A stretch of DNA of 64,000 nt from the NCBI GenBank assembly GCA_029879725.1, contig JAOUPR010000001.1:3324-67323 (forward strand), given 5' to 3'. The DNA is from Gemmatimonadota bacterium (GTDB lineage: Bacteria; Gemmatimonadota; Gemmatimonadetes; Longimicrobiales; Gaopeijiaceae). Shown here one piece after another: positions 1 to 9,010 of this stretch. The position numbers and the translations under genes were made by a program. The notes under the pieces were generated by a model that had not been told where the DNA came from, did not search any database, and saw only the letters and a program-made list of their open reading frames with translations. Within the stretch, counting starts at the first letter, position 1. Each line of letters starts with the position of its first letter.

Positions 1-626
1 CCTCCGGCGGCGGGGAAAGCCACCAGGGGAAGCGTCACCAGGCACCCCAGCATGAGGACGCCCTGGAGGAAGTCGGAGTACGCCACCGCCTTGAAGCCGC
101 CCACGGTGGTATAGAAGAGAACGATGCCCAGCCCGATCCAGACACCGGCGGTGTACCCCGTCCCCAGGAAGGCGTCGAAAGCCTTCCCCGACGCGGTGAA
201 CTGGGCGGCCGCGTACGCGACGACCATGCTCAGCACGATCACGGCCGATACCATGCGGAAGAGATTGTGCGTGTCGCGAAAGCGGGCGGTGAGATAGTCC
301 GGCACCGTGATGGCGTCGTAGCGGTCGGTGTACTCCTTGAAGGGGCGCGCCACGAAGACCCACGCCGCGGCCACGCCCAGCACCTCCCCCATGATGACCC
401 AGAAGGCGTGGACGCCGATGGCGTACCCCATTCCGGTGAGCCCGAGCAGGAGCCACGCGCTCTCCCCCGTGGCGTTGGAGGAGAAGGCGATTACCCAGGC
501 GGGGAGGCGCTTGCCCGCCACGAAGTACCCTTTCAGGTCGTGGGACTCACGCCCCCCCCAGACGCCGATGGCCAGGAGGATGGCCAGGTAGCCCACGAGG
601 ACCGAGACGATGACCGGCGACGTCAT
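1..626 (-). CDS. Sodium:solute symporter family transporter (PutP/PanF-like), N-terminal part; gene continues beyond window start
   Basis: Minus-strand reading frame from ATG at ~626 to window edge; translation MTSPVIVSVLVGYLAILLAIGVWGG...KGYFVAGKRLPAWVIAFSSNATGESAWLLLGLTGMGY is the conserved SSF N-terminus; strongly GC3-biased codons. Confidence 0.8.
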   Translation of the reverse strand, partial: MTSPVIVSVLVGYLAILLAIGVWGGRESHDLKGYFVAGKRLPAWVIAFSSNATGESAWLLLGLTGMGYAIGVHAFWVIMGEVLGVAAAWVFVARPFKEYTDRYDAITVPDYLTARFRDTHNLFRMVSAVIVLSMVVAYAAAQFTASGKAFDAFLGTGYTAGVWIGLGIVLFYTTVGGFKAVAYSDFLQGVLMLGCLVTLPLVAFPAAG

Positions 627-752
627 GCGTCGCCTCCACCGGCGCTTCCACGGTCGCTCCTGCGCGCGAGGAAGAACCACACCTCCAGCACCAGCCCGAA
701 TCCGATGGCACAGGCGAGGAGAATCCATCCGTCCATGGGCAGTCCCGTCATG
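623..752 (-). CDS. Small membrane protein (DUF997/YhdT-like companion of SSF symporters)
   Basis: 42-aa ORF MTGLPMDGWILLACAIGFGLVLEVWFFLARRSDRGSAGGGDA with one TM helix; its TGA overlaps the symporter ATG (ATGA), the typical arrangement for the small subunit encoded upstream of PanF/PutP-type symporters; supplied ORF 623..1033 trimmed to internal Met. Confidence 0.45.
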
Positions 753-1008
753 CTCCGTCTCCCTGGATATGTATCGACGCGCCCCACTGTTGGGTGGATG
801 TCAAGATGGGGCCACACCGTCCAACCCGCGAGCATCCGCGCGGGGTGAACTGTTCGGTCGACCCATGGGCCAGCCCGGATGTACCGCTTTCGCACGCTTG
901 CATGATGGGGTGCCATGACTCTATAGTCGGCTCCACTTGTCGAGTTTGCGGAATATGTTGCGCGAACTCGTACGACCAGGCATTCGCTGAACGCACCCGA
1001 CCACTCCC

Positions 1009-3780
1009 ATGACCGATCGCGACACTCCTGCATCCGATCGTGCCTTCGCCAGGACGCGGAGCCGCTGGATGATCGCGATGGTGGCCGTAGCCAGCGCCGT
1101 GACGGGATCCTGGGTGTACACGCGAGTCAGTATCGGTCAGGATGCGCGGGAAGACGTACGCGTCACACTCTCCGCCGTCCTGAACGCGGTTCAGGGAGCT
1201 CTCCACGCATCGTTTCGATCTCATCGCTCCCAGGCCATCGGTTGGGCGACCTTCCCGGCGGTGGTTGAGGCCACACGAGAGCTCCTGGACACCTCCAGAT
1301 CGCCGGAGGAGCTCTCCACCCACCCGGCCCAGACGTCGCTCCGCGATCTCCTCCTTCCCACCCTGGAGGCCACGGGATACCAGGGGTACTTCCTCGTCGA
1401 CGTCGACGGTGTGAACCTCGCCTCGAGCCGGGACGCCAACATCGGGGTCACCACGCTCCTGCGGAGCCGACCCGGATTTCTGGAGAAGGTCTGGTCGGGC
1501 CAGACCGCCGTGAGCATGCCGCAGCCGTCCGACGTCCCGCTTCCGGGCCCGGACGGGGTGCTCCGCTCAGGATATCCCACCCTCTTCGTGGGCGCGCCGG
1601 TGAGGAGTGAGTCGGGTGAAATCGTGGCCGCCTTCGCGTTTCGTCTCGACTTCGATCGTGACTTCGACGATCTCCTGAGGCGGGGCGACGTAGGCCGATC
1701 CGGAGAGACGTACGCCGTGGACGGGGAAGGCCGACTCCTCGGCGCCAGCAGGTTCGAAACCGCCCTCCGTGCGACTCCGTTCTTCGACGATGATCCCCAT
1801 ACACCCCTCGAGATCTACGTACGGAATCCAGGGGTCGAGTTCATGCGCACCCAGGACACCACGGCGGTGAACCTCGGGGAGGCGCAACCCACCCTGGCGG
1901 CGGCCGCCCTCATGAAGAAGGAGGACGGCGAAGACATGACCGGATACCCCAACTACCGGGGCATTCCGGTGGTGGGTTCGTGGAAATGGGACAGCGACCT
2001 CGGAATGGGCCTCACCGTGGAGCAGGACGTCGCGGAGGCATACCGGTCACTCCGCTCCCACAGGATGTGGGTGGACGTGCTCAACGGCATGGTTCTCCTC
2101 CTGGTGTTCGCCACCGGACGCGTCTACCTGGCCAACGCGCGCAGGACCCACGAAATCAGTCAGGAGATGGAGTGGGGCATGTCGGAGGGCGCTCGGGACC
2201 TGGAGCACACCCGGTCGCGCATGGCGACCACGACCCGGGAACTCGAACGCTTCTTCGATCTCTCCATCGACATGGTCTGCATCGCCAGTACCGACGGCTT
2301 CTTCACTCGCGTCAACCCCGCCTTCATCCGCGTCCTCGGCCACGCGGAAGCGGACCTGATGGCACGACCGTTTCTGGACTTCGTACACCCCGACGACGCC
2401 ACGGCGACGCTCCAGGAGGTGGAGAAGCTCGCGGGTGGGGAACCCACCATCTCCTTCTCCAACCGATACCGGTGCGCCGACGGAGCCTGGAAATGGCTCG
2501 AGTGGACCGCGGCCTCCACGCCCGAGGGACTCATCTACGCCATCGCGCGGGACGAGACGGAGCGCCGAGAAACCGAGGCGGTCCTGGCCAACCAGGCCCG
2601 AGAACTCCGGCAGGCTCAGAAGATGGAGGCCGTGGGAAGATTGGCCGGAGGCGTGGCCCACGACTTCAACAATCTCCTTACCGCCATCATCGGGTTCGGC
2701 GAACAGGTGCTGTTCCTCTCGAGTCCCGGTGAGAAGGTCCACCGCCACACGACGCAGATCCTCCGGGCGGCGGGACGGGCGGCGGACCTGACACGGCAAC
2801 TTCTGGCCTTTTCCCGGCTCCAGGTCGTTCGACCCAAGGTCGTGGACGTGAACGAGGTGGTGCACGACGTCACGAAGATGCTGGGCAGGATCATCGGAGA
2901 CGATGTGGGGCTGGAGGTGTCGTCGAACGAGCACCTATGGCCGACCTACATCGACGTGGGCGCCCTCGAGCAGATCGTGGTGAACCTGGCGGTCAATGCC
3001 CGCGACGCGATGGTCGGAGGAGGCGTCATCACCATCAGCACGGACAACGTACGTCTGGACGGATCACGAGACGCCGACACCGGCCGGGAGCTGCCCGACG
3101 GCGACTACGTTCTCCTGTCGGTACGAGATACCGGGACGGGAATGTCCGAAGAGGTCCAGCGGCAGATCTTCGACCCGTTCTTCACCACCAAGGAAGAGGG
3201 GAAGGGCACGGGTCTGGGTCTGTCGACCTGTTTCGGCCTGGTGAAGCAGGCCTCCGGATCCATCGATGTCCGGAGTGAGGAGGGCGTGGGCTCCACCTTC
3301 TCGGTCTACCTTCCCCGTACGAGTCGCGCCGGGACGAGGGATGAGGACAAGGTGCCCGAGAATGCCGTGGCGGGAGGGAGTGAGACGATTCTGGTGGTCG
3401 ACGACGACGTACAGGTCCGCGCCGTCGTGTGCGCCATTCTCGAGACCCACGGATACAGGGTGCTGGAGGCCGCCGGCGGGAGTGAAGCCATCCGCATCAG
3501 TTCGGAGGTCGCCGACGACATCCATCTCCTCCTGACCGACGTGGTCATGAACGGCATCAACGGTGGGAAACTGGCCGAGACGTTGGCCCCTTCCCGCCCG
3601 GAGATGCGGCTGATGTTCATGTCGGGCCATGCCGAAGACGCCATGGTTCACACGGGCGTCATGACCGGCCGCGCGCTCCTCGTGAAGAAGCCGTTCCAGT
3701 CACTGGAGCTGGCGCGTACTGTGCGCGCCTGCCTCGACGGCTCCCGCTATACGGCGCAGGCGTTCTCCCGGGGGAGCTGA
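1009..3780 (+). CDS. Hybrid sensor histidine kinase (TM - periplasmic sensor - TM - PAS - HisKA - HATPase_c - C-terminal REC)
   Basis: 923-aa ORF; two hydrophobic segments flank a ~300-aa periplasmic region; PAS-like block; H-box GVAHDFNNLLTAIIG; G-box DTGTGM / GKGTGLGL; C-terminal receiver ILVVDDDVQVRAVV...LLLTDVVMNGINGGKLAE...LVKKPF. Confidence 0.85.
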   Translation: MTDRDTPASDRAFARTRSRWMIAMVAVASAVTGSWVYTRVSIGQDAREDVRVTLSAVLNAVQGALHASFRSHRSQAIGWATFPAVVEATRELLDTSRSPEELSTHPAQTSLRDLLLPTLEATGYQGYFLVDVDGVNLASSRDANIGVTTLLRSRPGFLEKVWSGQTAVSMPQPSDVPLPGPDGVLRSGYPTLFVGAPVRSESGEIVAAFAFRLDFDRDFDDLLRRGDVGRSGETYAVDGEGRLLGASRFETALRATPFFDDDPHTPLEIYVRNPGVEFMRTQDTTAVNLGEAQPTLAAAALMKKEDGEDMTGYPNYRGIPVVGSWKWDSDLGMGLTVEQDVAEAYRSLRSHRMWVDVLNGMVLLLVFATGRVYLANARRTHEISQEMEWGMSEGARDLEHTRSRMATTTRELERFFDLSIDMVCIASTDGFFTRVNPAFIRVLGHAEADLMARPFLDFVHPDDATATLQEVEKLAGGEPTISFSNRYRCADGAWKWLEWTAASTPEGLIYAIARDETERRETEAVLANQARELRQAQKMEAVGRLAGGVAHDFNNLLTAIIGFGEQVLFLSSPGEKVHRHTTQILRAAGRAADLTRQLLAFSRLQVVRPKVVDVNEVVHDVTKMLGRIIGDDVGLEVSSNEHLWPTYIDVGALEQIVVNLAVNARDAMVGGGVITISTDNVRLDGSRDADTGRELPDGDYVLLSVRDTGTGMSEEVQRQIFDPFFTTKEEGKGTGLGLSTCFGLVKQASGSIDVRSEEGVGSTFSVYLPRTSRAGTRDEDKVPENAVAGGSETILVVDDDVQVRAVVCAILETHGYRVLEAAGGSEAIRISSEVADDIHLLLTDVVMNGINGGKLAETLAPSRPEMRLMFMSGHAEDAMVHTGVMTGRALLVKKPFQSLELARTVRACLDGSRYTAQAFSRGS

Positions 3781-3789
3781 CGCGATTCG

Positions 3790-3807
3790 CTCTCCCCACG
3801 AGGAGAG
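3790..3807. terminator. Candidate bidirectional terminator hairpin between convergent genes
   Basis: ctctcc-ccacga-ggagag stem-loop (6-bp GC-rich stem, 6-nt loop) in the 42-nt gap between the hybrid kinase stop (3780) and the aminotransferase stop (3823); no U-tract. Confidence 0.3.
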
Positions 3808-3822
3808 CCCACGCGACCGCGC

Positions 3823-5136
3823 CTACCTCTCCACCCGACCGCAAGCCCGCTCGAGCTTCTCCAGGCCCTCGGCGATCTCGTCCTCGGTGACCAGGAGGGA
3901 CGGTCCCACCCGCACCACGTGCCCCTTCATCCCGCCCTGCCCGAGAAGGAGACCCTCGTCGCGGGTGGCCTCCAGGAGCGCGTTGGTGCGCGCCGCGTCG
4001 GGCTCCTTGGACTCGGGGTCGGCCACGATCTCCATGGCCTGCATGAGCCCCATCCCGCGGACCTCGCCGATCCACGGATACCGGGCCTGGAGGGCTTCCA
4101 TCCCCTCCCGGAGTTGGCGTCCCCGGACGCCGGCGTTCCCCGGCGCGTCCTCCTCCTTCATGACGTCCAGCGTCGCCGACATGGCCGCCATGGAGATGGG
4201 ATTCCCCCCGAAGGTGGAGATGGTCTTTCCCGTCCACGACCTGGCGATGGCGTCGGTGGTGATGGTGGCGCCCACGGGGAATCCCCCGGCGATCCCCTTG
4301 GCCATGACCATGATGTCGGGCTCCACGCCCCAGTGTTCGATCCCGAACCAGCGGTCTCCCGTGCGCCCGAAGCCGGCCTGTACCTCGTCGATGATGAGGA
4401 GCCCCCCGTACTTGCGGATGATCTCCGACACGCGCTGGAAATATCCGGGAGGCGGCACCACGTAGCCGCCCACGCCCTGGATGGTCTCGGCGATGAAGGC
4501 CGCCGGCTGCCCGTTGGTGGTGGTGAGGATCACCTCCTCCAGGTCACGGGCGAACTTCTCCGTGCACGAGTCGTCGCAGGGCTGCTTGAACGGGCAGCGG
4601 TACGGGTAGGGGGAGATGGCGTGATGCACCCCGGCCATGCGGGTGGCGATGGGGCGCCAGGCGGCGTGGGCCGTGACGGTGCTGGCCATGAAGGAGCGGC
4701 CGTGGTACGCCAGGCGCAGCGCCACGATCTCGCTGCGGCCCGTGTGGACGCACGCCATCTGGAGCGCCGTCTCGATGGCCTCCGTCCCCGAGTTGGTGAA
4801 GAAGGTGCGCTTCAGATTCCCCGGCGCGATGGCGGCCAGCCGCTTCGCCGCCTCCACCTGGGCCTCGGTGGCGTACAGGGTGGAGACGTGCCCCAACCGC
4901 CCCATCTGCTCGGTCACGGCTTCGGCGATGCGCGGGTGACAGTGCCCGATGGAGGTGGTGAGGATCCCGCTGAAGAGGTCCAGGTACTCCTTCCCGTCGG
5001 CGTCGCGCACGCGCACACCCTCGCCTTCGGCCAGCGCCAGCGGCTTCCCGTAGAGGTGGAGCATGGCGGGGAGGAGGTACTCCTCCTGCCCCCGGAGGAT
5101 CTCGGCGCTGGACGCGCCCGTGGATACGCTGCTCAT
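3823..5136 (-). CDS. Class III (omega) aminotransferase, beta-alanine/3-aminoisobutyrate--pyruvate or GABA transaminase-like
   Basis: ORF 3823..5355 trimmed to Met at 5136 (MSSVSTGASSAEILRGQEEYLLPAM...); PLP fold-type I class III hallmarks: GNLKRTFFTNSGTEAIE, LIIDEVQAGFGRTG, lysine in MVMAKGIAGG; starts 5 nt after the upstream mmsA stop. Confidence 0.85.
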   Translation of the reverse strand: MSSVSTGASSAEILRGQEEYLLPAMLHLYGKPLALAEGEGVRVRDADGKEYLDLFSGILTTSIGHCHPRIAEAVTEQMGRLGHVSTLYATEAQVEAAKRLAAIAPGNLKRTFFTNSGTEAIETALQMACVHTGRSEIVALRLAYHGRSFMASTVTAHAAWRPIATRMAGVHHAISPYPYRCPFKQPCDDSCTEKFARDLEEVILTTTNGQPAAFIAETIQGVGGYVVPPPGYFQRVSEIIRKYGGLLIIDEVQAGFGRTGDRWFGIEHWGVEPDIMVMAKGIAGGFPVGATITTDAIARSWTGKTISTFGGNPISMAAMSATLDVMKEEDAPGNAGVRGRQLREGMEALQARYPWIGEVRGMGLMQAMEIVADPESKEPDAARTNALLEATRDEGLLLGQGGMKGHVVRVGPSLLVTEDEIAEGLEKLERACGRVER

Positions 5137-5141
5137 GGACG

Positions 5142-6590
5142 TCACCACCTGGAAATGACCACCCGCTGGTCCGTGAAGAAGGAGATGGCGTCCCGGCCCT
5201 GCGCCTTGAGATCGCCGTAGAAGGAAGCCCTCGATCCACCGAAGGGAAAGAACGCCATGGGCGCGGCCACCCCGATGTTCACCCCGATCATGCTGATCCC
5301 CGCCTTGTAGCGGAACTCGCGCGCGGCCTTCCCGCTGGTCGTGAAGATGGAGCACGCGTTCCCATATCGCGTGGTGTGCATCTGCTCGATGGCGTCGTCC
5401 AGCGTCTTCACCCGGCTCAGCCCCGCCACGGGCCCGAAGACCTCCTCCGTACCCAGGGGGGTGTCCATGCGTACCTCGTCGAAGACGGTGGGGCCGATCC
5501 AGTGTCCGCCGGGCATGGTGTCCACCACGTCGTATCGTCCGTCCAGGGCGAGTCTTCCCCCACTCCCGGCGGCCTCGTCGATGAAGGTCTTGACCCGGTC
5601 CCGGTGGGTCGACGAGATCACCGGGCCCATGTCCGTGTCCGGGTCCAGCCCGTCTCCCATGCGCAGGCTCGACGCTCCGTCCAGGATCCGTTCCCGGAGC
5701 GGCTTGTACGCCTCACCCACGCCCACGAGGATGCTCCCCGCGAGGCAGCGCTGCCCGGTGGAGCCGAACACCGAAGCCATGCAGGCATCCGCGGTGTAGT
5801 CCATGTCGGCGTCAGGCATGACGATGAGGTGGTTCTTTGCTCCTCCCAGGGCCTGCACACGCTTTCCCGCCGTGGCCGCCCGCTGGTACACGACCTTCGC
5901 CACGTGGCTCGAGCCCACGAAGGACACGCCCACGATGTCGGGGTGGTCGCAGACGGCCTCCACCGCCTCCTGCCCTCCATGGACCACGTTGAGCACGCCC
6001 GCCGGCAAGCCCACCCGGTCGGCCAGGTCCACGATCTTCTGGTGCGTGAGAGGGTCCTGCTCGCTGGGCTTGAGCACCACCGTGTTCCCCGCGGCCACCG
6101 CGTAGGGCCAGAACCAGAGCGGAATCATCACCGGGAAGTTGTACGGCGTGATGATCCCGAACACGCCCAGGGGCTGTCGGTACGACGCGCAGTCGATCCC
6201 GGGGGCGATGTCCTCCGCCGTGTCGCCCATCATCAGGGTGGGCATTCCGCACGCGTGCTCCACGTTCTCGATCCCGCGCTGCACTTCTCCCCGCGTCTCG
6301 GCGAGGATCTTCCCGTGCTCACGCGAGAGCGAACGCGCCAGCTCCTCCTTGTGCTCCTCCAGGCGCATCTTCAGGCGCATGAGGACGCGCACCCGCTCCA
6401 CGGCCGGGGTCTCCCGCCACGCGGGAAAGGCCTTCCGGGCCGCTTTCACGGCGGCGTCCACGTCGGCACGGGTGGAAAGCGGCGTGCGCCCGATCTCCTC
6501 TCCCGTGGCCGAATTGGTGATCCCTATCGCGTCCTTTCCCGACGACGGGGTCCAGACACCACCGATGTAGTTGTGAACGGTATCGCTCAT
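5142..6590 (-). CDS. mmsA: CoA-acylating methylmalonate/malonate-semialdehyde dehydrogenase
   Basis: ORF 5142..6977 trimmed to MSDTVHNYIGGVWTPSSG (typical MmsA N-terminus; the upstream extension is Arg/Pro-rich junk); ALDH-superfamily motifs, catalytic Cys in FGSTGQRCLAGS; 483 aa. Confidence 0.85.
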   Translation of the reverse strand: MSDTVHNYIGGVWTPSSGKDAIGITNSATGEEIGRTPLSTRADVDAAVKAARKAFPAWRETPAVERVRVLMRLKMRLEEHKEELARSLSREHGKILAETRGEVQRGIENVEHACGMPTLMMGDTAEDIAPGIDCASYRQPLGVFGIITPYNFPVMIPLWFWPYAVAAGNTVVLKPSEQDPLTHQKIVDLADRVGLPAGVLNVVHGGQEAVEAVCDHPDIVGVSFVGSSHVAKVVYQRAATAGKRVQALGGAKNHLIVMPDADMDYTADACMASVFGSTGQRCLAGSILVGVGEAYKPLRERILDGASSLRMGDGLDPDTDMGPVISSTHRDRVKTFIDEAAGSGGRLALDGRYDVVDTMPGGHWIGPTVFDEVRMDTPLGTEEVFGPVAGLSRVKTLDDAIEQMHTTRYGNACSIFTTSGKAAREFRYKAGISMIGVNIGVAAPMAFFPFGGSRASFYGDLKAQGRDAISFFTDQRVVISRW

Positions 6591-6978
6591 GGGCCTTCCC
6601 GGGGGGAGGAGTCGATCGTGCCGAATGGGGCTCAACCTTCGCCTCCGGCGGCGGGACGGCAAGGGGAAGGCGCGAGAGAGGCCGAACATCGCGTGCCGGG
6701 CCGCGCGCGGACTACCCCGGACTCGCCCGATCCTGCTATTTTTTCTTCCTACCCACTGATGTCGGAGCCGTGGCGACGCCCGTCGCCGGCCCCGCCTACC
6801 GCGCGACGCTTCCCGCGCCCGCGGTGCCGCGAGGGTCACGAAGAGTGGAGCCGCCTGCCTCGTTCCGAGGAAGGAAGAGGGACGCCTCAGTGTCCTGCCC
6901 CACCGCCTGTACCAGTTGTCCCCCTTACCGGACCACCGAAGTCGTTTCCAACGGTCCAATCCACACGAGGAGGACACG

Positions 6979-7431
6979 ATGACCGAGCAACAGATCCTGG
7001 ATGTCGTCCGTGATCAACTGGACGCGTTCAACAACGACCAGTGGGCTCGCTGGCGCGAGTTGCACACCCCGAACGCCGAATACGACGAGGTGGGCACCGG
7101 ACGGCGCCTCACCGGGCACGACGAGATCCTCGAGGTGCTGAAGTCGTGGAAGACGGCGTTCCCGGACCTGAAGGGCACCGTCGACCACATCTTCGCCTCC
7201 GAGAACGTGGGCGTGGTCGAGGTGAGCTGGAAAGGCACCCACAAGGGGACGCTGACGCTACCCGTGGGCACGGTTCCTCCCACCAACACCCGGCACACGA
7301 TCCGGGGCGTCATGGTGTGCGAGGTCTCCAGAAACAAGATCACCAAGGCTCGCCATTACTTCGACGCCCTGGAGCTCATGTCGAAGCTGGGCGCGATACC
7401 GGAGATGAAGGCCCGGAAAGCCAAAGCGTGA
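6979..7431 (+). CDS. SnoaL-like / NTF2-fold protein (ester cyclase / ketosteroid isomerase-like)
   Basis: 150-aa ORF from ATG 6979 with GAGGAGGA RBS 4-11 nt upstream; NTF2-like small-enzyme architecture; the supplied ORF began at an upstream TTG. Confidence 0.7.
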   Translation: MTEQQILDVVRDQLDAFNNDQWARWRELHTPNAEYDEVGTGRRLTGHDEILEVLKSWKTAFPDLKGTVDHIFASENVGVVEVSWKGTHKGTLTLPVGTVPPTNTRHTIRGVMVCEVSRNKITKARHYFDALELMSKLGAIPEMKARKAKA

Positions 7432-7571
7432 TCCTCTGGTGATGTGCCACGCGAGGTCTCCGGATCGGGCGCTTCCGCGTCGGTGGGCGGTGCGTCCGGC
7501 CCGGTCCGGAGACCGGCGGCGGTCCCATGGGGTATCGACACATCGTATGCTTTCCAACCGGGAGGGCACGT

Positions 7572-8999
7572 ATGCCCGAGGCACACGACTCCGCTGAACC
7601 CATTCGGTCGGACGACCTCATCGACCTCCTCTCGAGGAAGGTGATCGGACAGCCCTCCGCCATCGAGGTCATCATCCCCTCGATCCAGCTCCACCGGTCG
7701 GGGCTCGCGCCGGAGAGCCGGCCCGTGGGGGTGTTCCTCCTCCTCGGCCCGACCGGAACGGGGAAGACCCGCACGGTGGAGGCGCTGGCGGAGGTCCTCC
7801 ACGGAAGCTCGCACAAGGTACTCCGCATCGACTGCGGCGAATTCCAGAGCGACCACGAGATCGCCAAGCTCATCGGCGCCCCTCCGGGCTACATCGGCCA
7901 CGGCGACTCCAAGCCCAGGCTCACCCAGGGGCACCTGGCGGAGGTGAAGAGCCCCGACTGCGACCTCTCCCTCGTACTCTTCGACGAGATCGAGAAGGCG
8001 GCCCCGGCCATGACGCAGCTCCTCCTGGGCATTCTCGATCGCGCCACCCTCCGCCTGGGAGACGGAACCGAGGTGGACTTCGCTCAGACGCTCATCTTCC
8101 TCACCAGCAATCTCGGGGCCCGGGGGATGATGGACGCGATCAAGCCCAGCATGGGGTTCACGCCGGCCGGATCCAGGACACCGGGTGAACTGAGCACCCA
8201 GCTCGACCAGATCGCCATCCAGGCCGTCCGGAAACACTTTTCACCCGAGTTCGTGAACCGCATCGACCATGTGGTCACGTACCGTCCCCTCGACGCCGAG
8301 TCGGTGGCGGCGATCCTGGACCAGCACATCTTCGAGCTCGAACGGCACGTCCACACTCGTCTGGGAGCGCGATCCTTCGATCTCGACGTGTCGGCCGGAG
8401 CCCGCGCCTTCCTCATCGAGCGGGGGACGAGCCCCGAGTACGGCGCCCGTGAACTCCGCAGGATGGTCCACCGGCACCTCACCCAGCCCCTGGCCGCCCT
8501 GGTCGCCGACGACGCGGTGCACCCGGGCGCGGTGGTCCACGTCGACGTGGCGGAGAGCGGCGATGCCCTGTCGCTGAGACCGGAGGGCGGGGCGGCCCGC
8601 CCGGAGCGGAGGATCGAGAAGGTCCTGGTGGTCGACGACAACGAAGCCATCCTCCGGTGGACGGAGAGGGCGCTACGGAGCCACCGGTACGAAGCGGTGA
8701 CCGCGTCGTCGGTACGGGATGCCGGAAGGGCCATGGCGTCCACCCGGCCCGACGCCGCCGTTCTCGACTACGTGCTCCCGGACGGAGACGGGGTGGCCCT
8801 GGCCATGGAGATCCTGGGCGACCACCCCGACATGGTCGTGGTGCTCATGAGCGGGATGGAGCTGGACGAGGAAGACGAACTCGTGTGCCGGCACCTGGAC
8901 ATCCCCATCCTGACGAAACCGTTCCTGGTGGACGAGTTGGTGGTGCTCCTGGAGTCGCGGGAGGCCGCGGTGCCCCGAGCGCGGTGGCGCACCGCGTGA
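7572..8999 (+). CDS. ClpB/ClpA D2-type AAA+ ATPase (AAA_2 + D2-small domain) fused to a C-terminal response-regulator receiver domain
   Basis: ORF 7527..8999 trimmed to ATG 7572 (GGGAGGG RBS). Walker A FLLLGPTGTGKT, Walker B LVLFDEIEKA, sensor-1 IFLTSN and the ClpB C-terminal small domain (SPEFVNRIDHVVTYRPL...YGARELRRMV). Then a complete REC: VLVVDDNEAI, acceptor Asp in AAVLDYVLPDGDG, VVLMSG, ILTKPF. Confidence 0.8.
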   Translation: MPEAHDSAEPIRSDDLIDLLSRKVIGQPSAIEVIIPSIQLHRSGLAPESRPVGVFLLLGPTGTGKTRTVEALAEVLHGSSHKVLRIDCGEFQSDHEIAKLIGAPPGYIGHGDSKPRLTQGHLAEVKSPDCDLSLVLFDEIEKAAPAMTQLLLGILDRATLRLGDGTEVDFAQTLIFLTSNLGARGMMDAIKPSMGFTPAGSRTPGELSTQLDQIAIQAVRKHFSPEFVNRIDHVVTYRPLDAESVAAILDQHIFELERHVHTRLGARSFDLDVSAGARAFLIERGTSPEYGARELRRMVHRHLTQPLAALVADDAVHPGAVVHVDVAESGDALSLRPEGGAARPERRIEKVLVVDDNEAILRWTERALRSHRYEAVTASSVRDAGRAMASTRPDAAVLDYVLPDGDGVALAMEILGDHPDMVVVLMSGMELDEEDELVCRHLDIPILTKPFLVDELVVLLESREAAVPRARWRTA

Positions 9000-9010
9000 C
9001 GCCGCGAGCC

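Noticed and set aside
3919-5220. 433-aa plus-strand ORF (and similar: 5376..7013 +, 8673..9878 -, 13424..14812 -, 14115..15434 -, 15906..17528 +, 16171..17361 -, 21218..22582 +, 24734..26149 +, 36506..37876 +, 38399..39775 +, 40211..41254 +, 43393..44457 -, 45168..47066 -, 47535..49793 -, 50207..52159 +, 52204..54513 +, 54588..56033 -, 60545..62503 -)
   Set aside because: All lie antisense to, or frame-shifted within, well-supported genes. Their translations are Arg/Gly/Pro/His-rich low-complexity with no domain signatures. Long stop-free antisense frames are expected at ~70% GC
5142-6977. N-terminal extensions in the supplied ORF track (for example 5142..6977, 3823..5355, 20181..21989, 21197..23185, 22603..23814, 34818..36785, 42029..43801, 17509..18531, 15822..17774)
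   Set aside because: The extensions are Arg/Pro-rich and overlap upstream genes. They start at GTG/TTG without RBS and precede obvious signal peptides or canonical N-termini. Genes were trimmed to internal starts with SD-like sequences or operon-style overlaps
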